Assembly: GCA_040954595.2 (NCBI GenBank)
Contig: CM082584.2
Location: 1,705,344-1,769,343 of the forward strand
DNA length: 64,000 nucleotides
Source: Balanoglossus misakiensis
Taxonomy: Eukaryota; Animalia; Hemichordata
Direction: 5' to 3'
Shown here: in pieces, positions 15,001-27,890 of the stretch
Layout: each line of letters opens with the position of its first letter
Position numbering within the stretch: the stretch's first letter is position 1
Translations under genes and position numbers: made by a program
Notes under the pieces: model-generated
What the model was told of the DNA's origin: nothing
What the model saw: only the letters and a program-made list of their open reading frames with translations
Databases searched by the model: none

Positions 15001-16744
15001 GTAGATCAAGAGTCATTGCCAAAATTATCAAAATATTTTGGTTATGTCCTGGAAGAAATAAAACTCATGTGAACAAAATCCTGACTGTTGTGCTTTTTAA
15101 CAAGAGACATATCCAAGTAGATCAAGGGTCATGGCCAAAGTTATAAAAATATTTGGGTTATGTCCTGGCAGCAATAAAACTTGTGTGAACACAATCATGA
15201 CTGTTGTGCTTTTTATCAAGAGACATATCTAAGTAGATCAAGGGTCATTGCCAAAATTATCAAAATATTTGGTTTAAGTCCTGGCAGCAATAGTAGTCAC
15301 GTAAACAAAATCATGACTGTTGTGCTTTTTAACAAGAGACATATCCAAGTCGATCAAGGGTCATTGCCAAAATTATCAAAATATTTGGGTTATGTCCTGG
15401 CAGCAATAAAACTCGTGTGAAAACAATCATGACTGTTTGGCTGTTTATCAAGAGACATATCCAAGTAGTTCAAGGGTCATTGCCATAATTATCAAAATAT
15501 TTGGGTTATGTCCTGACAGCAATAGAATTCATGTGAACAAAATCATGTATGTTGTGCATTTTAACAAGAGACATATCCAAGTAGATGAAGAGTCATTGCC
15601 AAAATTATCAAAATAGTTTGGTTATGTCCTGCCAGCAATAGTACTCATGTGAACAAAATCCTGACTGTTGTGCTTTTTAACAAGAGACATATCAAAGTAG
15701 ATCAAGAGTCATTGCCAAAATTATCAAAATATTTTGGTTATGTCCTGGAAGAAATAAAACTCATGTGAACAAAATCCTGACTGTTGTGCTTTTTAACAAG
15801 AGACATATCCAAGTAGATCAAGGGTCATTGCCAAAATTATCAAAATATTTGGGTTATGTCCTGGCAGCAATAAAACTCATGTGAACAAAATCATGACTGT
15901 TGTGCTTTTCAACAAGAGACATATCCAAGAAGATCAAGGGTCATTGCCAAAATTATCAAAATATTTGGGTTATGTCCTGGCAGCAATAAAACTCGTGTTA
16001 ACACAATCATGACTGTTGTGCTTTTTAACAAGAGACATATGCAAGTAGATCAAGGGTCATTGCCAAAATTATCAAAATATTTGGGTTATGTCCTGGCAGC
16101 GATAAAACTCATGTGAACAAAATCAAGACTGTTGTGTATTTTAACAAGAGACATATCCAAGTAGATCAAGGGTCATTGCCAAAATTATCAATATATTTGG
16201 GTTATGTCCTGGCAGTGATAAAACTCATGTGAACAAAATCCTGACTGTTGTGCTTTTTAACAAGAGACATATCCAAGTAGATCAAGGGTCATTGCCAAAA
16301 TTATCAAAATATTTGGGTTATGTCCTGGCAGCAATAAAACTCATGTGATCAAAATCATGACAGTTGTGCTTTTTAACAAGAGACATATCCAAGAAGATCA
16401 AGGGTCATTGCCAAACTTAACAAAATATTTGGGTTATGTCCTGGCAGCAATAAAACTCGTGTGAACACAATCATGACTGTTGTGCTTTTTAACAAGAGAC
16501 ATATCCAAGTAGATCAAGGGTCATTGCCAAAATTATCAAAATATTTGGGTTATGTCCTGGCAGCGATAAAACTCATGTGAACAAAATCAAGACTGTTGTG
16601 CTTTTTAACATGAGACATATCCAAGTAGATCAAGGGTCATTGCCAAAATTATCAATATATTTCGGTTATGTCCTGGCAGCGACAAAACTCAAGTGAACAC
16701 AATCATGACTGTTGTGCTTTTTAACAAGAGACATATCCAAGTAC
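1..16744. repeat. Tandem satellite array, 116-bp monomer (117-bp and deletion variants), ~144 copies, open at the window start
   Basis: TATCCAAGTAGATCAAGGGTCATTGCCAAAATTATCAAAATATTTGGGTTATGTCCTGGCAGCAAT... recurs at 1, 117, etc. until ...ATATCCAAGTA|CAATTC at ~16744. Monomers become more diverged toward the right edge. Confidence 0.99.
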
Positions 16745-18487
16745 AATTCAGTTCTAACAAATCTGAATCAAAGGACATGTGAAATTTGCCAAAAAATGTA
16801 AAGTATTCTATTCATATGGTGACTCATATCAATAAAATGAATTTGCGTGCTTTCAATGAGTAGGCTAGAAATAGGAAATCTTCGTTTTTAATCAGAGTTC
16901 AGAAAATCCAATTTTGCTCGAATAAGGTTAAAGCAATCACAATACACTTGAAAGCTTGATTAAAAAAAGACTTTGGAAATTTTTCATGACATTTTTCAAA
17001 AATCCATAATGAATCCAAATTCGCATGACCACTAACAATATTATTGAAAAAAATTGGAAGGGACAGTAAATTAGAACTTGATTGGCCCTGTAGTTTTGAA
17101 AAAAATGTCAACTTTTAGAGGTTATCAGAAAATTCAATATAGCCACCATGAAGAAGACAATTAAAGGAACATGCAGCATTACAGGTGCCAAAGCAGTTAG
17201 CATGGTTCCAACAGAAAGCAAGCTCTGTATCTTTTTTGGATGGCTAGAAATAATAAGTAAGCCAGAGGTCACGCAAAATTGTGCCAACAAAATCTGATAT
17301 CAAACTGATCAGTGTTCAACAAGAACCAAAGTTCTAAGCTCTATTGGTTAACTTTAAATAGGATAAGTACATAAGTATTGTGTTAAAGATTAATACTTCA
17401 TTAGATGTTCCAGTCCCCTAAATTTGAAAGCTGTATCTGCTGTGCATGGCAAGTTATGGGAAAGTAGATCATTGCCAGAATTATAAAAATAGTTGGGTTA
17501 TGTCCTGGCAGCAATAGTTCTCATGTGAACAAAATCATGACTGTTGTGCTTTTTAACAAGAGGCATATCCACATAAAATTAAGTTCTAGAATTACTGGAT
17601 CAAAGGACATGTGAGAGTGGCCAATAAATTGTTTAATCAAATTCTGAAAAACAACTGGATCAAAGAACATGTGAAAGTTGCCAAAAATGTAACGTATTCT
17701 AGTCATATGGTGACTCGTATCAATAAAATTAATTTGTGTGCTATCAATGAGTAGGCTAGAAATAGGAAATCTTTGTTTTTCATCGGTGTTCAGAAAATAC
17801 AATTTGGCTCGAATAAGGTTAAAGCAATCACAATTCACTTGAAAGCTTGATTAAAAAAAGACTTTGGAAATTTTTCATGAGATTTTTCAAAAATCCATAA
17901 TGAATCCAAATTCGCATGACCACTAACAATATTATTAAAAAAAATTGGAACGGACAGTAAATTAGAACTTGATTGGCCTTGTAATTTTTGAAAAAAATGT
18001 CAACTTTTAAAGGTTATCCAAAAATCAAATATGGCCGCCATGAAGAAGACCCAACTATAAGCAGCATTGGAGGAGCCAAAGTGGTTAGCATGGTTCCAAC
18101 AGAAAGCAAAGGCTGTATTTGTTATGGGTGCTGAGAAATGGTAAGTAAGCCAGAGTTCACGCAAAGTTGGGCCAACAAATTTTGATATCAAACTGATCAG
18201 TGTCCAGCAAAAACCAGACTTCTAAGATCTATTGGGTAACTTTAAAGAGCTTATGTACATAATTATTGTGTTAAAGTTAATACATGTACTTCATTAGGTG
18301 TTCCAGTCCTCCAAATTTGAAGGCTGTATCTGCTGTACATGCCAAGGCACGGGATAGTAGTTCAAAGGTCATTGCCAAAATTATCAAAATATTTGGGTTA
18401 TGTCCTGGCAGCAATCAAACTCGTGTGAACAAAATCGTGACTGTTGTGCATTTTAACAAGATGCATATCTATGTATAATTAACTTCT
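16624..18487. repeat. Diverged tandem repeat of ~840-890 bp (2 copies plus a partial third), each copy starting with one satellite monomer
   Basis: Monomer starts (AGTAG) at 16624, 17463 and 18356. The intervening segments align (e.g. CTTGAAAGCTTGATTAAAAAAAGACTTTGGAAATTTTTCATGA in both). Copy 2 has an internal ~57-bp duplication (ACTGGATCAAAG..CATGTGA twice). Confidence 0.93.
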
Positions 18488-18687
18488 TAAAACATAGCGT
18501 ATAGGATACTGTTGTGCCATTTGGGGATTACACAGATTTTAGGTATTCGCCAGAATTAAAATCACGGGCGACATTGGCAAGCATATATGGCAACAATATT
18601 CAAATACTATGGAAACATAAAAAAATTCACTATGCCCAATCAAGTGTTATGTGTCACTGCAATCCTACAAGCAGCACTAAAAAAACA

Positions 18688-19377
18688 GATTTTTGTCCAA
18701 AAACTGTCTGTAAAATACATGCGAGTATGACAAGCTAATTAGTCCAATCAGACAGAGGCATTCACTGACCTACCACCAGATTATAATAAAATAACCGGTG
18801 GTCTCTGTAACAGCTGGACCACAGCTGATTTTTGTCCAAAAACTGTCTGTAAAATTCATGCGAGTATGACAAGCTAATTAGTCCTATCAGACAAGGGCAT
18901 TCACTGACCTACCACCAGTTTATAATAAAATAGTCGGTGGTCTCTGTAACAGCTGGACCACAACTGATTTTTGTCCAAAAATTGTCTGTAAAATACATGC
19001 GAGTATGACAAGCTAATTAGTCCTATCAGACAGAGGCATTCACTGACCTACTACCAGTTTATAATAAAATAGCCGGTGGTCTCTGTAACAGCTGGACCAC
19101 AACTGATTTTTGTCCAAAAACTGTCTGTAAAATACATGCGAGTATGACAAGCTAATTAGTCCAATCAGACAGAGGCATTTACTGACCTACCACCAGTTTA
19201 TAATAAATAGCCGGAGGTCTCTGTAACAGCTGGACCACAGCTGATTGTTGTCCAAAAACTGTCTGTAAAAATACATGCGAGTATGACAAGCTAATTAGTC
19301 CAATCAGACAGAGGCATTCACTGACCTACCACCAGTTTATAATAAAATAGCCAGTGGTCTCTGTAACAGCTGGACCA
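18688..19377. repeat. Minisatellite, 5 x 139 bp
   Basis: GATTTTTGTCCAAAAACTGTCTGTAAAATACATGCGAGTATGACAAGC... starts at 18688, 18827, 18966, 19105 and 19243. Confidence 0.97.
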
Positions 19378-20169
19378 GTAAAATTATATAAGGCTGTTTA
19401 TTTTACTGATAAAAATGTTTATAGGTCTTTGTAGGTTATAATAAAGAAAATTATCAAAATCGGTTCACCAGTTTTCAAGGTACAAAAGCATCAAAAAATA
19501 CTGATATTCTCAAGTATCTTCAACATTTTTCAAAAAATTATGCACGATTCACAGAAGAATACTTCTTTCAGTTTTACAGGAGATCATCTAAACTTGTAAA
19601 GAAAATCTCTCTATTTTTTGCATGGCACCATGGGAAATATGAAATTTTGCAATGTTTGATGTTCCGTGTCTCAATCATAGTTGATCTAATTGTAACGAAA
19701 TTTTCAGAATATATTACAATATATGTGCAGATACAGATAGTGACTTAAGTGTTTGATATCTGGATTATAATTTAAATTCCCAGGCGCTCAAAAAAGGAAA
19801 AACCTAGCATTTTACCATTGCAAATGGGCGGCCATATTGGATTGATATTTCATTAGATGGCAATGTTTATTTATACACTGCAATTTGCTGAAAATCAGTT
19901 CAATCACTGTAGCGAGCGGAGATATTTAAATTCTTGTGTATTTTGAGCAATAATACTACTACCAAAAAATATTTTATACAGTTACTTCTGGACAGCAAAA
20001 ATTGCCATCATTCAAGTCAAACTCTCAGATCGGCCCTTTTGCTTGCCTGTGTTGAGCAGATATCAAAAGTGGAGAAAGTTGGATAGTGTAATTTCTACAT
20101 GTATTTGTACTTTCCTTGTAGTCTATTAACATTTACACATTTTCATATTAATTTTGGTATGATATGCAT

Positions 20170-20562
20170 GGAAAGACTGGCTGGCTATAAATCATAAAAA
20201 TGAACGTCCTTGCACCATACAGTTTTTACTGCATACACATGTAGTTTAAGCTAACTGTGTCTTTCATGTATTCCACTTTTATGCCTTCCTTGCTGGCTTT
20301 CTCCATTTATTTTCTGACTGTATCTTTGTAAAATTACTGATTTTTTTATCTGGTAATTCAATTTCTGGCTGAAATAAATGTACTAGAGCTGGTAAGGTTT
20401 CCTGAACATTAATCCCTGTATCTTGAAGGCAGGTGTGCAAGTTCATATAAAGTTCATTGGTTAAAGGAATATTATGAGCTGATAAATCTTCTAAGCTCTT
20501 CTTTCTGGCTAGAAGGTCTGCTATATTATTGAATACTCTTTATGCTACTTCCATAATGTTGC
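20170..20562 (-). pseudogene. Possible decayed coding exon of an unidentified gene
   Basis: Minus-strand acceptor (ttttgattgttaatttgcacAG) followed by ATT-ATG-G. The frame MEVA*RVFNNIADLLARKKSLEDLSAHNIPLTNELYMNLHTCLQDTGINVQETLPALVHLFQPEIELPDKKNQ*FYKDTVRK*MEK... has only ~4 TAA stops in ~130 AT-rich codons. No family recognised. Confidence 0.3.
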
Positions 20563-21139
20563 CTGTGCAAATTAACAATCAAAATATCCACTTGCTAGAC
20601 AATTGTAAGACAAACATTTTTGTTGGGTAATTACAGAATAATTATTTTAATTCCATGCATACTCTACCTAAACGCAAATTAGAATATATAACTGAAATTA
20701 TAATTATACACAGGTCTATGAAATGCAAAGAAAATGTATTCCTAGGAAAGAACACCCATGGGCATTCAGCTCTAAGCAGATAACATCAGTCACTTTGAAG
20801 ACATGTCACTTCCCAGACTTGACTAAACAAACTTCCAACCCTGAAGTGAAACACATCTCCGAGTTGCATACACACTATGATCATATACTGTTAGATATTT
20901 ATAATGGTTTAAGTGAAAACACATTAGGAGATGTAAACACCCCTGCCATTTATTCAGTGCCATATAATGCTGCCATTATGCACATATTGACTCTAGCCAC
21001 TTTCCCAGTGGCAGGAAAAAGACTTTAATGGACACCAAGCGGGAAGAAACGAAAGTTACTCAGTTTTTGGCATTTCATTTTTATTTGTGAGATCGAGAAA
21101 TTGAAATATGACAAGTTTAGAAAATAATCTGATTACACA

Positions 21140-21730
21140 GTATGTCCCAGTTCGTATGGCGGCCATATTGGATTCTGAACTCTCTAGTAATATAAACATA
21201 TAGTGTACTTGGCGAGTCTCAGTATAGGGAAATCAACACAATAAGACAAAACTTGGGTTACCCATTGCAATAATCCTATCAAATTTCAAAGCAATCCCAT
21301 ATGCAGTTTCAGAAAAATCAGTATTTTCACCAAAATTGTACAATATCTTACGTCAATCGCTTCAGGGAACATGCCTACCAAAGCTCAAGGCAATCTGACA
21401 ATCAGTTTGAAAGAAAATAATTTTTAATGAAAAATTCCAAAACTATCACACACAAAACGCAAATATGCAAATTTCAAGTATTTTTCTAAAACATCTCACT
21501 TAATTATTCCCAAGGAACAACCCTGCAAAATTTGAAAGCAATCTGACAAGCAGTTTTAGATAAAACAATTTTTGACCAAAAAAGACAAAAAAATTCTACA
21601 AAATTATAAATATGCACATTTTTCATCAACCAGGTTTTCATCAAATGGGACCATATATCCAAATGTATGCTTCAAAGCAACACGACTCTTGGAGAAAAAA
21701 ATGCTTGTCACCCTGGTCAAAAATTTGGTT
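21140..21730. mobile_element. Decayed non-autonomous element (HINE/Helentron-like internal subrepeats)
   Basis: GGCGGCCATATTGGATT motif and three diverged AAATTTCAAAGCAATC..CAGTTT..AGA..AA..ATTTT units, resembling 24640-24960. Confidence 0.4.
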
Positions 21731-22321
21731 TTACTAAAACATCAAATCGGTTATCTCTCAAAGCTAAAAGGGTTATCACCAAACAGATTACAATTTTCTT
21801 TACTTGTGGTGGTTCTGGTTTTATCAGTTTGCCCAATAAAAATTAGGATAATTGTTTAAGTATGCCAACAGTGAGGTGGAAATCACACCAGAAAAACGAA
21901 AATACGCCAACAACATGTAAACAGTAAAATGTTACGAAAAAACAAACAGAAAAGCGAAAATACACCAACCACGTTTAAACCGTAAAATTAAAAAAAAAAT
22001 GCAAACACTGGCTCTACGTGCGCTTAGGCAAGAGGCCTAGCAATAAAATTCTCACAGAGTATAGCCCTATGAATATGACTAGACTTTCTCGATTATGACC
22101 TCAGGGTCAGCAGCGAAGCCATACACAGAATGGCCGAGAGGCATGGCTAGCTGCACGCCCGTAGCTCGGATTTTTTTCTGGAATAAGACCTACTTCTGTT
22201 CAACTACAGGGTGTTGAACGGATAGCTGCAAATCACCTGATACCAGACAAAACAATCGAGCGACGGTAACGTAGCTATATAGGCTATGGTACTAAAAGCA
22301 ATGACTGGATTATGAGCCTAC

Positions 22322-22570
22322 CGAAAAGACGTCTTGATCCCGCGGCAGTAAGAAGGAAAGTGATTGAAACCCGACGTCGCACACCGGAAACGGGTCAATG
22401 ATCACCTGTTGTTATGGAGAGTGGGACTTGTTACCCAATCACAGACCAAAGTTAGCATTACGACACACTAATGAATATGCATACATGCTATAGCTGCATA
22501 TTTTATTATTTTAGAACGCACTGGAACATGCTCGCATGCGAAGGAATATTCCATTTGTATATGCAAATAG
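22322..22570 (-). promoter_or_regulatory. CpG-rich TATA-less promoter-like segment with a possible first exon
   Basis: Local CpG enrichment; ETS core CCGGAA at 22384-22389; CCAATC at 22435-22440; octamer ATGCAAAT at 22561-22568; minus-strand donor CG|GTAGGC at 22322/22321. Confidence 0.35.
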
Positions 22571-23430
22571 CAAACCTATGTTCTCGAGTGTGAGTGCACC
22601 ATTGTCTCAGGGGGTGGCTCACGTCCCAAAGAACAGGGGGTAATTTTCTACCACAGCCGCGCATTTCAAACCGAGCAAGCAAACTGCTAACTACCGTTGT
22701 CTGGGCAACATTTTGATGTGCGTTAAGTTTTGCACTTATTGGACTTTGAGGAAACAGACCTATAATACTTCCTAATGTGGTTCTCTTTCTGGGTCATTTT
22801 GTCAGTCCAACCACGATCCACGAGATCGTAAACTGCTTGGATTAGGGCGCGTTAGGAAGCTGCAGCTGCGGCCGCAGGTCAAGTCGGTGTGTTTTGTATT
22901 TAACAAACATGGTAAATGTGTTCGGCACAGCAACATGCTCGCTCTACCCACAGCCACTGTGCTGTACCGTACTGTCGATCGTTTCCATGTCAGTTTCACG
23001 CTCGCTCTTTATAATGCCCTTATCACGCCTCCCGTATTGTGTTCATGATATGACAGTCCCACTAATCTGACAACACTCGCTTTTATTATGTCAATTTGTC
23101 CCGTTCGCTAGCACTGCGTACAGGCCTGCATTCACCATTAACAGACTATCCCGTTCGCCAACTTTACTGAACTGCAAAGTGAAGAATCGGTTTGCGTCTT
23201 GGCCGAATCGACGGGGTCATGGAAATTAAAGGCCCAACCGAGAAGATTAAGTGCCGTTCCCGAAGTAACGACCAACCAATGTTTACAGAGAAATCAGATG
23301 ATGTCACATAGCGGAGTTCTTATCCTGTCGGGATGCGTTTACCTCAGAATCGGCGAAGTTTTTTTTGTCGTCGAGTTTGATTTCATGGACGATGCAGTCT
23401 AGTTATTTGATGATCCATAATTGATATATA

Positions 23431-23457
23431 TTTTTTTTTTTTTTTTGGGGGGGGGGG
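23431..23457. repeat. T16-G11 homopolymer junction
   Basis: Seen directly; it ends 10 bp before the left breakpoint of the 4.47-kb array. Confidence 0.9.
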
Positions 23458-23489
23458 AGGTCCTGGTGTCGATAAATCGAGGCAGAAGA

Positions 23490-23740
23490 AATGTGCCGAC
23501 AGCGCAAATTGCCGTTTTTTCGCTCTGTTTCGTCGATTTTCACAACTTCAAACTAATTAAACTTTGCTCCGCATTGGCCGAGAGGTCTTAAATTTTACCC
23601 ATCCAACAAACAACAAAACAAAAGTTTGTAGTCAATAAAGTGTTCTTAGAGCGAATAAACATTGATTCAATTCAATCCAAGTCATCATGAATTTGATCAA
23701 ATTTTCTAAACATAGACAGATCAAGAGTCCAACACTGTCC
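23490..23740 (+). mobile_element. Internal fragment of a Kolobok-like non-autonomous element (present in all 5 units)
   Basis: Aligns by eye to the reverse complement of ~62836-63085. Shared blocks: GCAAAT.GCCGTTTTT, ACAACTTCA, TTGGCCGA, ACCCATCCA, TGATTCAAT, GAATTTGATCAAATTTTCTAAA. Confidence 0.7.
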
Positions 23741-24589
23741 ATGCACCAAATTGAACAGCTGGTCGCGGAGATAAAATGTTTTGTTGTATATTTAGGGGTC
23801 CGTATTTTGACTCGTTGCTTCTCGTCAAAATACGGACATCACGAGAATGCGTCGCGTTATCGACCAAAATTCGTGTAATAACCCCTTTATCATACATGCC
23901 TACCTATAAAACAGTACGATTTGCGAAAATGCGCCGAGAAAAACAATTTCAAATTTGAACGGGCGCCCTGGGATCACGGCAGTAGCCATGTTGTGACGTA
24001 TGACGTGTGGGCCGTAGTATCATTTTAAGGGGGTTGGCAGCTTTCACTACGATGGGCACATCCGCATTCAAAATAAAATTGTCTACGTTCTCTTTCAAAC
24101 TATCATGTTAACAATTATTTTGCATTGAGAATTTCGAAGAAGTAAAAATGATACATTCAACATGGCAAAACAGCCAACTTTGAAAACATTATTATAGCTT
24201 CTAATAACCGAATTTTACAACACTGCTCTCCACTAGCGTCCTATGCCCCGTACGTCGCTCGCACGCGCAGCGAACTGTCGTGCCGAGCGTTCTCAAAAAT
24301 AGTTCGAGACGCGGAGTGAAGATATATTGCACTCAGTGTAATACCGTAAAATATCTTCGGGACGAGAACAATAGAAAGTGCCAAATACGGGCGTTGCATG
24401 TATGAAAAAACAAAATATCCTACAAAATATAAAAGTTTTGAATTACCTATAATTTGATTCCATTATAATTCTAAATAAGCCAATCCTATTAACTTAAATG
24501 TTAAAGTAATCAGCCTTACACTTTCTGGGAAATATAATTTTTCAAAATTGGAAAATATGCCCCCAAAATACAAGATATTGCCCACACAA

Positions 24590-25273
24590 AATATTGACAC
24601 TTTCATCATTGGTTTTGTAAATTATCATGACAACTCAGGAAGGAACCTTTAAATCAAATTTGAAAGCAATGGAGTAGAGGGTTCTGAGAATGAATTTTGA
24701 ACAAAAATGGTTAAAATCACCACAAAAATATACTATTGAATTCTTCAAGTTGATTTGAACATGCATGCAAATTTCCAAAGCGATCTTACGAGCGGTTTTA
24801 CAGGAAAAAAATGATCAAAAATGTAAAAATTGCTCCAAAATTATAATTATGCAAATTTTGCAGCAATTTAAACAAAACTTTAGTATCTCAGATCACCTAT
24901 ATGAAGCTCCATACTAAATTTCAAAGCGGTGGGCTGATTAATTCCAGAAAGTAGGTTTTATTACCAAATATGTGGAAAAAGACAAAATATGTATAAAAAA
25001 TGCAAAATTAACAGTATTAGCTCAAAACATACAGAATCATTATGACCAGTGGTTGTTGATTTTCTGAGTTTTGACCAAATTTAGGTTTTTCCCTGATAAT
25101 TTACATATTTTGGGCAATGACAACTTTGTTTGAACAAACTCCCATCTACAGCCCGGTATGCATCTACACAACAAATATCGAGGTTGTACGCGCAGCGGTT
25201 TTCAAGTTTTTGATGTGGACGGACATACACCCATACATCCATACAGATGCAACCAATCTCATAAGGTCCCAAT
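24590..25273 (-). mobile_element. HINE/DINE-1 (Helentron-associated)-like element, present in all 5 units
   Basis: Reverse complement reads GGGACCTTATGAGATTGGTTGCATCTGTATGGATGTATGGGTGTATGTCCGTCCACATCAAAAACTTG, the same family as 54595-54883. The left boundary is approximate. Confidence 0.6.
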
Positions 25274-27309
25274 CAAACAGAACATACTGTTCATCACAAT
25301 TGTCTTCTGATTGGAATCTACGCTGGAAAAAGCAACAACAAATACTGATCCTCACCTGAAATCAAAGAGACAGACAAAAGCACTTATTTTGTCAGAATAT
25401 TTATTTTATGTATGCAAAAATCCTAACATGACATTTCTGTCTACTTGTTTAGCATGATGGGAAAATTGTTAGAATAAAAATATTAAAGATATTTCTTCCT
25501 AATACTGCATATAATATCTAAATACTGTAGCAGTCTTGAAAGTACAATGAAATGTTTGTCAAAAGCTCTTCTTAAGGACTGCGTAACATACAGAACTCTC
25601 AGTACAAAAAAGCAATATGTGGAAAATACCAACTTAGCATCTTATGCAATATAAAAGCTATGGAGGAATGGCGTCCCCTTCAGCACTATACATGATTCTA
25701 CAGCCTCATGGGGTCATTATTCACACACACATAAAATGAATGGCTGATTACATGAAATATTTTCGAAAGTTGTCACAGAAGGCTCTTGTTTTTGTTAACA
25801 TAAAATGATAGGAAATTCAAGAAACGTAGAAAGCAATGACATGTGAATATTGATATTAAAAATGTGATTTTAATAATATGGCAACTATGGTCACTTCCAT
25901 ATAACAGACTATATTTCTTAACATGCATGTAATAGTTTGATTCTAACATGCTTGTCACGCTGTTCACCAAACACAAAACACACCAAAGTGGTTTATATGT
26001 TTCACAAGACATATGCCTATAACAGGGACATCATCAGTTCATACGTATGGCCAGTCTGGCTACAGAGGTGAACTGACAAAGTATATGCATGGGATTCTTT
26101 TATATCCTGTTGGTCACGTGACCAGTTTATATATTTTCTGCTATTTCCCTAGAGGGATTCATAGTCGATTCTATTTTCTTATCACGTGACGGATTCTGGT
26201 GAATCATGACACAGTGTTAGCATGATGTATGTTATAAATACACATATTACATACATACCGGTATTCAAATGAACTAATGGTTCTGTCCAAATCCATTGTT
26301 TCTGTTGGAAAAGTTGGATGTCTACACAGGGAACTGGGGGTGAAAGGTGAGAGTGCTAAGAAAAAAGGCTGATGGTGATTTTCCATTATAATCTAACCTG
26401 TATACATGTGTGTGCTTAATCTTTCCCAATAATGCTGACACACAACAAGTTAATTGTTTTACAAAACTCTCCTTGAGAGTCAAATGAAGGCACCTGATAT
26501 AAGCCCAAAGACTTCATTCTTTTCCACACACCACTTTTCTCTTTTCATAGAGCTCCATTTCAAATTGTGTACACAAACAATGTCATTGTCACTGCCCAAG
26601 CCCAAACTTTCAAATTACAATGTGACATTTCAAAACACTGTTAGACTTTCCAATGAAACATTAACTCTGGATCGGTATCCATTCAAATAAGTGACAGCCC
26701 CGGGGTTACATTGTTGTTAATTTTGTTATAATGGTGATATTTAATTGTTTGGCTTTAACAAAAATTATGACATGGACGTATAAACGTGTTATGTCCACAC
26801 ATATGTCGTGAGTTCAGCTTCAATCTAATTTCATAATAAATTATTCAACAACAAAAATAGAAAATGAACATCAAGAGCTAGTGACTTTGTGGCTTTCACA
26901 AGATAAATATACATTGCCCCATGCTAGAGTGTGATATTAACACGTCTTATACAATCTACAAATCTCTGTATATAACCAAACACATTCATTATAGCTGCAT
27001 TAGTTGGGTCACAGATAATCTGGAACCAGATAGGCTGACCTGAGCAATTCATGTTTTTGCAAGTGTTGTATTGTCACTGTTATAGTGTGACTTCTTTGGT
27101 GTAATGCTCCAATGAACACACGAGTTTCAATTGGATAGATAAATGACCAATAACACAAAGTCTGTGATTGGGTAATACAAATGATTGGTATACAACTGGA
27201 ATTTCTGACACTCAAAGAGCTGTCTACTGCTCTCTTCCCTGAGGGAGCGATAGAGAGTAACTTTAGAGATACATTCTCCAATGATCAGGAGTTAATAAGG
27301 TATTAGTCT

Positions 27310-27684
27310 AGTATATACCTGTATTTTATCTGCTTTGCTTTCAAAAAACTATGCATGCCACTGGCCAAATAAAGCATAATATCCCTTGCAGGGAATCGTG
27401 ATGTAATTAGCATCCCTTTGAAGTCAATCACGGACTTTGTTTTTCCAATGATTGGTCAAAGGATACATATGTGTGATTAAGGATTGGTACCATTTTAAAT
27501 TTAAATTAGCCTTGCCTTTACTATAACCTTACACACAATCGCCATTGTTCAGTTAATGTCAGTGACTTTAAGGGGGATGCTAGTTACATCACAATTCCCA
27601 GCAAGAGCTATCAGGCTTTATTGGGCCAGTGGCATGCATGACTCTTGATGTTAGTTTTGGAAGTGGAAAAAATATGGCTATATA
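27310..27684. mobile_element. MITE-like element with long imperfect inverted repeats (all 5 units)
   Basis: ATGCATGCCACTGGCCAAATAAAGC...GATGTAATTAGCATCCC (27351-27426) is inverted at 27564-27639; outer ends read AGTATATA...TATATACT. Confidence 0.75.
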
Positions 27685-27890
27685 CTGTAAAACATGAAAT
27701 TTTCGCAACGGGAAATTTTCATAATATCAAATGTGGCAACTGTTATGCAACGATTAATTATGGCATTCTCGAATTTCAATTCATCATTATTTCTGAAAAA
27801 CATGTTTACGCGACTTTTTAGTTTTCGTGTTTTTTTAGCACTTGCATGATTCGGGCGAATTTATCTCTCATGAAAATTTCCCATTTTACA
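27685..27890. mobile_element. TA-flanked Tc1/mariner-type MITE (all 5 units)
   Basis: TA|CTGTAAAACATGAAATTTTC ... GAAAATTTCCCATTTTACA|TA: imperfect TIRs with a TA duplication. Confidence 0.7.

Noticed and set aside
1-16744. Satellite as a CRISPR array or as coding repeats (ORFs MCEHNHDCCAFY...)
   Set aside because: Monomers are contiguous with no unique spacers, there are no cas genes, and the context is eukaryotic. 116 is not a multiple of 3, so the ORFs are incidental.
18030-18150. ATGGCCGCCATG...GTAAGT in the 850-bp unit as a coding first exon
   Set aside because: A stop follows within ten codons and the frame is not conserved in the other copy; the motif is common in local repeats.
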